A stretch of DNA of 64,000 nucleotides, from contig JBAZJY010000002.1 of assembly GCA_041651115.1 (NCBI GenBank), forward strand, positions 286,855 to 350,854. Direction: 5' to 3'. Shown piece by piece: positions 57,799 through 64,000 of this stretch. The notes beneath the pieces were generated by a model. That model was not told where the DNA came from. It was given only the letters and a program-made list of their open reading frames with translations, and did no database searches. The DNA is from Candidatus Omnitrophota bacterium (lineage in GTDB: Bacteria > Omnitrophota > Gorgyraeia > Gygaellales > Profunditerraquicolaceae). The translations under genes were made by a program, and so were the position numbers. Within the stretch, counting starts at the first letter, position 1. Each line of letters starts with the position of its first letter.

Positions 57799-59720
57799 TC
57801 GCCATAAATAACCTTTCCAAGAATTACGGCAAGAAAGTCCTTTTTAACGATCTTAGCCTTACAATTAACCGGGGAGAGAAAATCGGCCTTATCGGGCCAA
57901 ACGGCACAGGTAAGACTACGCTTTTTTCCATGATCCTCGGAGAGACAGAGCCGTCAAGCGGCTCGGTGCAGGTCTTAAAAAATACCCGTATCGGCTACCT
58001 GCCGCAGGAAGCCAGTTTTAAATCTGCTCACACGGTTTTATCCGAGGTTGCCGGAGGCGACAGCCATATCATGCGGCTGATAAATGAAAAAGAGCAGCTG
58101 GAGTCCAAAAACGAAGCCGGCTCAAAACGATACGGCGAAGTATTGCATGAATTGGAAACACTCGGATATTTTGAGTTGGAATATAAAGCAAAAAAGATCC
58201 TCATGGGACTTGGTTTTAAGGAAACGGATTTTAACCGCCCGATAACCGAGCTAAGCGGCGGCTGGCAGATGCGTACGCTGCTGGCAAAGCTCCTGGCATT
58301 TCATTATGATATTCTTCTCTTAGACGAGCCCACCAATTACCTGGACTTGAATGCCGCGATCTGGCTTAAAGATTACCTTGCCGGCTTTAAAGGCACGTTC
58401 CTGATGATCTCCCATGATAAGGCTTTCCTCAACGAGGTAACCAATTACACTTTAATCCTGGAAAACGGCTCGATCTTTAAAGTACAGGGAAATTATGAGC
58501 ATTACGAGGCAATAAAAGAAGAGCGGCGCACTTTCCTGATTAGGCAATTTAAGGAAACCGAGAAAAAGCGCGAGCAGCTGGAGAAATTCATTGCCCGTTT
58601 TCATGCCCAACCCAATAAAGCAGCGGCAGTGCGGGCAAAGCGCACGGCGCTGGAGCGCCTGGAAGAGGTCATTGTCCCGCCTGATCCCCGCGAGAGCATC
58701 CACAGTTTTCGTTTTCCGCCTACGCATCAAAGCGGCCAGCGGGCGATCTCGCTTAAGAAAATTTCCAAAGCCTATGGCCAGCTTCAGGTATATAAAGATT
58801 TTGATTTTGAGATTGAGCGCGGAGAAAAGGCAGTGCTTGCCGGTGAAAACGGCGCGGGTAAATCCACGCTGCTTAAAATACTTGCCGGCGTGATCAACAT
58901 TGACTCCGGAGAACGGAGCCCCGGATACAATGTGGACATCGGGTATTTTTCCCAGACGCGGCTTGACGTGCTTAACCCGGAAAATAGCGTGCTGCAGGAG
59001 GCGTATACTGCTGCGCCGGGATATATGTCACAGGAGGTGATCCGCACGGTGCTGGGGGCATTTTTATTCACCGGAGACGATTCCGATAAAAAAGTCAAAG
59101 TGCTTTCCGGCGGCGAGAAGAGCCGGTTGATACTGGCAAAGCTTTTACTTAACCCTCCCAATTTCCTGCTGCTGGATGAGCCGACAACTCACCTTGACGT
59201 GGATGCGGTGGATGCGCTGATCAAGGCGCTTAATTCCTACGAAGGTACGATCGTCTTTATCAGCCACGATATCCATTTTGTGCGTTCGGTAGCCAATACC
59301 GTCTTTGAGGTAAAAGACGGCAGGGTAAGGAAATTCCCCGGCAGCTTTGATTATTATCTGGAGAAGAAAGAAAAAGGGGAATTACCTCTAGCGGATACCG
59401 GGCATAAGCCGGGCTTGGCACGGCAAGAAAAACCTGCGGCAAAAGCAAGGAAAGAAGGCGAAGAATTAAGGCATAAAGAAGATGAAACAAGGCGCAAATT
59501 CCATAATTTTGAAGTTAAGGAGAAAATAAAGAAATTAAAAGCGGAGAAAGAAAGCCTTAATTTAGAATATCTTGCCAAGAAGCGCGCCGTAGAAAACCCC
59601 CGCAGTTACCGCGATAATGAGGCGTTAGAGCAATACATTGAGCGCATACAGGAGATCGAGCAGCGCTTCTGCGAGATCAGCGACCAAATCCGTTCTCTTA
59701 AGAAGCAAATTGAGAAATAG
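57795..59720 (+). CDS. ABC-F family ATPase (two ABC domains + C-terminal coiled coil)
   Basis: 641 aa; two Walker A (GPNGTGKTT, GENGAGKST), two LSGG signatures, no TM domain. Confidence 0.85.
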   Translation: MIAINNLSKNYGKKVLFNDLSLTINRGEKIGLIGPNGTGKTTLFSMILGETEPSSGSVQVLKNTRIGYLPQEASFKSAHTVLSEVAGGDSHIMRLINEKEQLESKNEAGSKRYGEVLHELETLGYFELEYKAKKILMGLGFKETDFNRPITELSGGWQMRTLLAKLLAFHYDILLLDEPTNYLDLNAAIWLKDYLAGFKGTFLMISHDKAFLNEVTNYTLILENGSIFKVQGNYEHYEAIKEERRTFLIRQFKETEKKREQLEKFIARFHAQPNKAAAVRAKRTALERLEEVIVPPDPRESIHSFRFPPTHQSGQRAISLKKISKAYGQLQVYKDFDFEIERGEKAVLAGENGAGKSTLLKILAGVINIDSGERSPGYNVDIGYFSQTRLDVLNPENSVLQEAYTAAPGYMSQEVIRTVLGAFLFTGDDSDKKVKVLSGGEKSRLILAKLLLNPPNFLLLDEPTTHLDVDAVDALIKALNSYEGTIVFISHDIHFVRSVANTVFEVKDGRVRKFPGSFDYYLEKKEKGELPLADTGHKPGLARQEKPAAKARKEGEELRHKEDETRRKFHNFEVKEKIKKLKAEKESLNLEYLAKKRAVENPRSYRDNEALEQYIERIQEIEQRFCEISDQIRSLKKQIEK

Positions 59721-59793
59721 GGCCAGGTGTATTTAGCCAATTCAGCGGTAATCCAGCCATTGACAGATAGGGGAATAGGGGTAAAATAATAGT

Positions 59794-60321
59794 ATGAAAC
59801 GAAGCACGAAAATACTGTTAATTATCTTAATTGTTGCTCTCGCGGCCTTTGTAGCCAGGGCGTATGTCCTGCTTGCTGCCAGGCTTGTAGAGAACAACAT
59901 AGAGATGCAGGAAAACAGGGCGCAGCTAAAGCAGGAGCAGGAAGCAAGGCAGTTGCTGGAGCTTGAATTAAAGGCAACGCAGGAACAGCTGCAAAAGGTC
60001 ATCGCTGAGCTGAAGACCGTCAGCGATAAGCTTAGCAGCGCCGAAAAGAATAACCAGGCGTTATTGCAAGAAAAAAAGGAATTAGAAGCTAAATTGCATT
60101 CTTTAAAGGAACTGAAAAAAGCAATAAGGCAGACAAAAGCAGAATATCGCCAGGAGAAGGCGCAGCAATACCGCGCCAAGAAAGAAAAACAGAAAGAGAT
60201 CGATGCCCAGAGACTGGCGCAGGGCAACCGCGGTTTTCTGGTCAGGGATGGCCAACCCACCCATCAGCCAAAAGTAAAGATCGCAGTCGAACCTACAAGC
60301 GGGTTATTTCAGGGTAATTGA
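59794..60321 (+). CDS. Membrane-anchored coiled-coil protein
   Basis: 175 aa; N-terminal TM then Q/E/K-rich heptads. Confidence 0.45.
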   Translation: MKRSTKILLIILIVALAAFVARAYVLLAARLVENNIEMQENRAQLKQEQEARQLLELELKATQEQLQKVIAELKTVSDKLSSAEKNNQALLQEKKELEAKLHSLKELKKAIRQTKAEYRQEKAQQYRAKKEKQKEIDAQRLAQGNRGFLVRDGQPTHQPKVKIAVEPTSGLFQGN

Positions 60322-60717
60322 CATAACTTTACTCTCGTTGTTCTTCATGAGAGTGTATTCAACGCTAACTTTATCCCCCGCCTTCAAATCCTTTAGCTTC
60401 AGGATATTCTTTTTATAATCCAACACCATGATCAGCCCGGGCACAAAAGAAAAATCCCGCTGGTTACCTTTGTCATCAACCACCGTAATTTTATATGTTG
60501 AACCCTGGCTATTCCCGGGTTTTGTTATTGCCTCTATTTTTCCTTCAAAAACATCTGAGTTAATAAAAGTATCTGCCGTAAGGTCAGTTTTATACCGGAT
60601 CTCCTTTATAAACGGCACATGTTCGCCCTCTCTGATCCTTGTTTCTTCCACTTCCAGGGCTAAGCATAAAGGAACAAGGGATAAAATAAAGAATACGGCA
60701 AGCAGCATCTTTTTCAT
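60304..60717 (-). CDS. Exported hypothetical protein (the only convincing minus-strand gene in the window)
   Basis: 137 aa; signal peptide MKKMLLAVFFILSLVPLCLA; convergent overlap with 59794 gene. Confidence 0.55.
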   Translation of the reverse strand: MKKMLLAVFFILSLVPLCLALEVEETRIREGEHVPFIKEIRYKTDLTADTFINSDVFEGKIEAITKPGNSQGSTYKITVVDDKGNQRDFSFVPGLIMVLDYKKNILKLKDLKAGDKVSVEYTLMKNNESKVMSITLK

Positions 60718-60829
60718 ACATTTAATTTACACTGTTTTAACGCATAAGTCAAGCATTGCCCTTTTTTCCTTGCTAATTTCAAACAAGTGTAGTATATTAT
60801 AGAAGTTCTTCTTTTTATTTTTGCAATTT

Positions 60830-60847
60830 TTGTGATAAATTTCACAA
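60830..60847 (+). promoter_or_regulatory. Second perfect Rex operator TTGTGA-TAAATT-TCACAA, 30 nt upstream of the 60877 gene
   Basis: Read directly; TATATT -10-like box at 60793. Confidence 0.6.
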
Positions 60848-60876
60848 AGAACCAGTTATTTTAATCTACTTGCAGG

Positions 60877-61932
60877 GTGCATAACTTCTATTATCTAGAA
60901 AGCGCCGGAATAAACGAATTATTAACCCGCCTGAAAAACGATCACGCTATTTTTTTTCCCGTCGTAAGGCCCGCTAATTTCACCAAGGAAACCGACTATT
61001 CTTACCAGAATTTTTCCGACAACCGGCAGTTTATTTTTAATCCTTATCGCGTGATCGAGCCGCTTAAGTCTTTTCTTACGCCGGCAATGGAAAAAACCGC
61101 CGATTATTTCAGCCCCCAAAAAGAAGCGGTTGATCCGGGAAAAACAATTATTTTCGGTGCGAAAAATTGTGACATTGCTTCACTGAAGATCCAGGATTTT
61201 GTCTTTATGGAAGGCGTGGAAGTGGATTATTCTTACCGCGTCAAGCGCGAAAACACAATTATCGTTTCCAGCGACTGCACGGAATATAAAGAAGTTTGTT
61301 TTTGCCTTGCCCTTGACATCCTGCCTTATCCCACGCAGGGTTTTGATATAAACCTTTCGCCGGTATCCGACGGATACCTGGTTGAGGCCGGTTCGGAAAA
61401 GGGAAAAAATTTCATCCGGCAATTCAGGGATTATTTTTCCGAAGCAAAGGACGCGCAGGTTTGGGCAAGGAAGACAAAACGGGAAGACATTGTCCAGCGG
61501 CTTAAGCGCCACCTCCTGCCGCAGAACATACCTGCCAAAGACAGCCTGCAGCGCCTGGTCAAAGACGGGTATGGCCTTGATACCTGGAAGCAGTTCATGC
61601 TTACCTGCGTTGAATGCGGCGGATGTAATTTCGTCTGCAATACCTGCCATTGTTTTCTTCTGGCTGACAAAAGCGAAGACGGCCGCAATAAGCGGCTTAA
61701 GGCCTGGGATTCCTGCCAATACGCGAATTACGCGACAGTAGCCGGAGGCGCCAATCCTCTAAAGCTGCGCCATGAACGGCTGCGGTTCAGGTTCACTAAA
61801 AAATTTGATTTTTTTATGGAAAATCTGGGCATGCCTGCCTGCTGCGGCTGCGGCAGGTGCATTGAAGTTTGCCCGGGAAAGATCGATCTCAGGGAAGTCT
61901 GGAAAGACCTGGAGCAAAAATTAAAGAAATGA
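60877..61932 (+). CDS. AsrA / sulfhydrogenase-beta-like Fe-S subunit
   Basis: 351 aa (GTG start); C-terminal CxxCxxCxxxC and CCGCGRC motifs. Confidence 0.55.
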   Translation: MHNFYYLESAGINELLTRLKNDHAIFFPVVRPANFTKETDYSYQNFSDNRQFIFNPYRVIEPLKSFLTPAMEKTADYFSPQKEAVDPGKTIIFGAKNCDIASLKIQDFVFMEGVEVDYSYRVKRENTIIVSSDCTEYKEVCFCLALDILPYPTQGFDINLSPVSDGYLVEAGSEKGKNFIRQFRDYFSEAKDAQVWARKTKREDIVQRLKRHLLPQNIPAKDSLQRLVKDGYGLDTWKQFMLTCVECGGCNFVCNTCHCFLLADKSEDGRNKRLKAWDSCQYANYATVAGGANPLKLRHERLRFRFTKKFDFFMENLGMPACCGCGRCIEVCPGKIDLREVWKDLEQKLKK

Positions 61933-62744
61933 GAAATATTTATACCCCGTTTGAAGCTATTGTCGAAGAGATTATCCCTGAAACGCCGGCAATAAAAACT
62001 TTTGTCATCAGGCCGAAGGAAAAATTCAGCTTTAGGACCGGCCAGTTCATCGAGTTGACCCTTCCGGGGATAGGGGAGGCGCCGTTTACTCCGTCTTCTG
62101 ACCCGGACGTAAAAGACAGATTTGAAGTGACCGTGATGAATGCCGGCAGGGTAACTTCTTTACTGCACGCGCTGCGGAGCAATTTTTCCGTCGGTATACG
62201 CGGCCCTTACGGCAAGGGCTATCCTTTGGATACGTTCAGCGGTAAGGATATCCTGATCGTCGGAGGAGGCGTGGGGCTGGCGCCGCTGCGTTCGCTTTTA
62301 TTCAGCCTTTTTTCCGGGATGGATAAATATAATAAAGTTGTGCTGCGCTACGGCGCGCGCTCTCCGGAAGACATCGTTTACCGGCAGGCGATACCGCAGT
62401 GGCAGCAAAAGGACAAAGTTGATATTGTTGTGACCGTAGATAAAGGGGACAGCCAGTGGAAGGGTAATGTCGGTGTGGTCACTACCATCTTGAATGACCT
62501 GCCTGTTGACCTGAAAAATTGCGCGGTGATTGTCTGCGGCCCGCCGGTAATGATGAAATTCGCTACGATGAAGTTGCTGGAAGTGGGTTTTCAGCCGAAT
62601 GACATTTATCTCTCAATGGAAAAAAACATGTCCTGCGGCCTGGGAAAATGCGGGCATTGCCGCATCGGCAAGTTCTATACCTGTAAAGACGGCCCGGTGT
62701 TTACTTACGGTCAGATCAAGGATATTTACGATATTTGGGAGTAA
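61929..62744 (+). CDS. AsrB / sulfhydrogenase-gamma / PyrK-like FAD-NAD(P)H oxidoreductase with C-terminal [2Fe-2S]
   Basis: 271 aa; RxYS-type FAD site, GGGVGLAP NAD site, C-terminal CGLGKCGHC...C. Confidence 0.65.
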   Translation: MRNIYTPFEAIVEEIIPETPAIKTFVIRPKEKFSFRTGQFIELTLPGIGEAPFTPSSDPDVKDRFEVTVMNAGRVTSLLHALRSNFSVGIRGPYGKGYPLDTFSGKDILIVGGGVGLAPLRSLLFSLFSGMDKYNKVVLRYGARSPEDIVYRQAIPQWQQKDKVDIVVTVDKGDSQWKGNVGVVTTILNDLPVDLKNCAVIVCGPPVMMKFATMKLLEVGFQPNDIYLSMEKNMSCGLGKCGHCRIGKFYTCKDGPVFTYGQIKDIYDIWE

Positions 62745-62746
62745 GG

Positions 62747-63238
62747 ATGAAACGCCTGTTCATAGACCTGGATATCTGTAATGAATGCGCGGAATGCCGC
62801 GTGGTTTGCGGGTATTTTTATCACCCCCAGAATAACGGCGTGGCTAACCTCCGGGAATACGCTACATTCGCGACTATCTGCCGGCATTGCGATGAGGCGC
62901 CCTGCGTGAATTCCTGTTATCATAACGCGCTTGAGCGTGCCAGCGACGGACATTTAAAGCGCTATAAGATGCGCTGCACCAGCTGCAAGTCTTGCACAAT
63001 AGCTTGCCCGTTCGGCATAATCTTCCAGGATTTCATACCTTATCTTGACTCCAAGTGCGATTATTGCTTGGGGCTGGCCGGAAAGCTTCCCAAATGCGTG
63101 ACGAGCTGCCCGGAAAAAGCCATAGAGCTCAAAGAAATAGAAGAAGACCCTGGGCAGAATATTTATTTGATCGGAGACCGCCTGGCAGTGCGCACGCGGA
63201 AATGGTCAAGGGAAGACATCAAGGCCAAGAAAAAATAA
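62747..63238 (+). CDS. HycB/HyfA-like polyferredoxin (4x[4Fe-4S])
   Basis: 163 aa; four Cys clusters CNECAECRVVC / CRHCDEAPC / CTSCKSCTIACP / CDYC...C...CP. Confidence 0.7.
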   Translation: MKRLFIDLDICNECAECRVVCGYFYHPQNNGVANLREYATFATICRHCDEAPCVNSCYHNALERASDGHLKRYKMRCTSCKSCTIACPFGIIFQDFIPYLDSKCDYCLGLAGKLPKCVTSCPEKAIELKEIEEDPGQNIYLIGDRLAVRTRKWSREDIKAKKK

Positions 63239-63247
63239 AGGGCAAAG

Positions 63248-64000
63248 TTGATAAAAACATTTTTCAATTATTTGGTATTTCCCGGTTTTATTTTCAGCGC
63301 GGTTATCGGGCTGATCGCCGGATGGGTTGACCGCAAGGTCAGCGCGCGACTTCAGTGGCGCGTAGGGCCGCCCTGGCATCAGAATTTTACCGACATTATA
63401 AAACTCTTCGGTAAGGAGATCATTGTGCCGCTCAACGGCCGCTGGACATTTTTACTTGCCCCTTATATCGGGCTTTTGGGTCTGACCCTGGCAGCGACGA
63501 TCTTAGGCAAGGCAGCCGGTTTATCTTTTGGAGGGTTTAGCGGCGACTTGATCGTTATTTTGTATCTTCTGCTGATGCCGGCAGCTTCTTTGATCATCGG
63601 CGCTTCGGCGTCCGGCAACCCGCTTGCTTCCGTGGGCGCCTCCAGGGAAATGAAGCTTGTGCTGGCATATGAATTGCCGCTTATCCTTTCGGTGATCGCG
63701 GTAGCGATCAAGGCCGCGGGCGCGATAAGGCTGGAACAGCTTATCCTTGCGCAATCTGCATCCGGGTCGTTCATTTTTTCTTTTTCCGGGGCGCTCGCTT
63801 TTATCGCAGCGCTTATTGCAACTCAAGCAAAATTAGGCCTTGCGCCGTTTGATGTTTCCGAGGCAGAGCAGGAAATAATGGCCGGGGTATTGATTGAATA
63901 TTCCGGCCTGCCTTTGGCAGTGTATAAGTTAAATAAAGCGATCCTCCTTTATACCATGCCGTTATTTTTGATCCTGCTGTTCTTGGGCAAGGACCTGAAT
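63248..64000 (+). CDS. NuoH/HycD/EchB-family membrane subunit of an energy-converting (group-4 [NiFe]-hydrogenase/complex-I-like) complex; 3' partial, runs off window
   Basis: TTG start; open frame to window end; NuoH signature GWVDRKVSARLQWRVGPP...QNFTDIIKLFGKE; not in ORF track because no stop in window. Confidence 0.6.
   Translation, partial: MIKTFFNYLVFPGFIFSAVIGLIAGWVDRKVSARLQWRVGPPWHQNFTDIIKLFGKEIIVPLNGRWTFLLAPYIGLLGLTLAATILGKAAGLSFGGFSGDLIVILYLLLMPAASLIIGASASGNPLASVGASREMKLVLAYELPLILSVIAVAIKAAGAIRLEQLILAQSASGSFIFSFSGALAFIAALIATQAKLGLAPFDVSEAEQEIMAGVLIEYSGLPLAVYKLNKAILLYTMPLFLILLFLGKDLN

Noticed and set aside
63055-63330. 91-aa ORF (MRLLLGAGRKASQ...) in the ORF track
   Set aside because: Out of frame with, and overlapping, the HycB-like ferredoxin and the NuoH-like gene. 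Arg-rich antisense-like composition.

Overview
This 64 kb window carries about 70 genes on the + strand and a single convincing gene on the - strand, from a low-GC strict anaerobe. The anaerobic lifestyle is supported by a bifurcating-type [FeFe] hydrogenase with HydE/F/G maturases, a 2-oxoacid:ferredoxin oxidoreductase, flavodiiron protein, rubredoxin, superoxide reductase, rubrerythrin-like protein and Hcp. I could not place the organism taxonomically.

Gene content in order:
- 1-5.5 kb: metal and membrane block (CheY-like receiver, ArsB/NhaD-type permease, DUF1622, CopA Cu-ATPase, a tiny Cys-rich TM peptide, a membrane protein, a CopC-like exported protein).
- 5.6-11.9 kb: Rrf2 regulator, Hcp and FNR-like reductase, superoxide reductase, a ferritin-VIT1 fusion, a Tpx-PCD fusion, DJ-1/PfpI, a CDF exporter.
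- 11.9-18.4 kb: ferredoxin, korAB, fprA, a tiny Cys peptide, rubredoxin, a flavin reductase-like protein, a rubrerythrin-like protein, glutaredoxin, trxB.
- 19-25.8 kb: Rrf2 regulator, metY-cysK-metX-metW, a tautomerase, nifS-nifU.
- 25.8-31.5 kb: a cusCBA-like RND metal efflux system.
- 31.5-39 kb: thiM-thiE, cysK2, Nfu, the DUF39 plus NIL-ferredoxin homocysteine pathway, a LarE-like PP-loop ATPase, nifS2, birA.
- 39-47.3 kb: TonB-dependent receptor, M42 peptidase, a long non-coding GC-rich region, mnmA, nadA, rluA, uppP, a PfkB kinase, GatB/YqeY.
- 47.4-55.9 kb: hndABCD-like [FeFe] hydrogenase, a TM1266-like regulator, hydG, hydE, hydF.
- 55.9-60.7 kb: hypothetical, coiled-coil and ABC-F proteins.
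- 60.8-64 kb: AsrA-like, AsrB-like and HycB-like ferredoxin genes, then a NuoH-family membrane subunit that runs off the window.

No rRNA, tRNA, CRISPR array, transposase or integrase was found.

Most interesting non-genic signals:
- A Met/Cys-rich 28-codon leader ORF with a downstream intrinsic terminator ahead of the met/cys operon, i.e. a candidate translation-coupled attenuator.
- Three hairpins with covarying stems and an invariant (U)AUCGGAUG loop, placed 25-60 nt upstream of Shine-Dalgarno sequences. This is CsrA-site-like architecture. Two of them sit next to tiny ORFs that share a CGCCG motif.
- Two perfect Rex operators, upstream of the hydrogenase operon and of the AsrAB-like/NuoH-like operon.
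- A 470-bp ORF-free GC-rich region built from nested inverted repeats, a candidate structured RNA.
- Two families of repeated palindromic extragenic elements.
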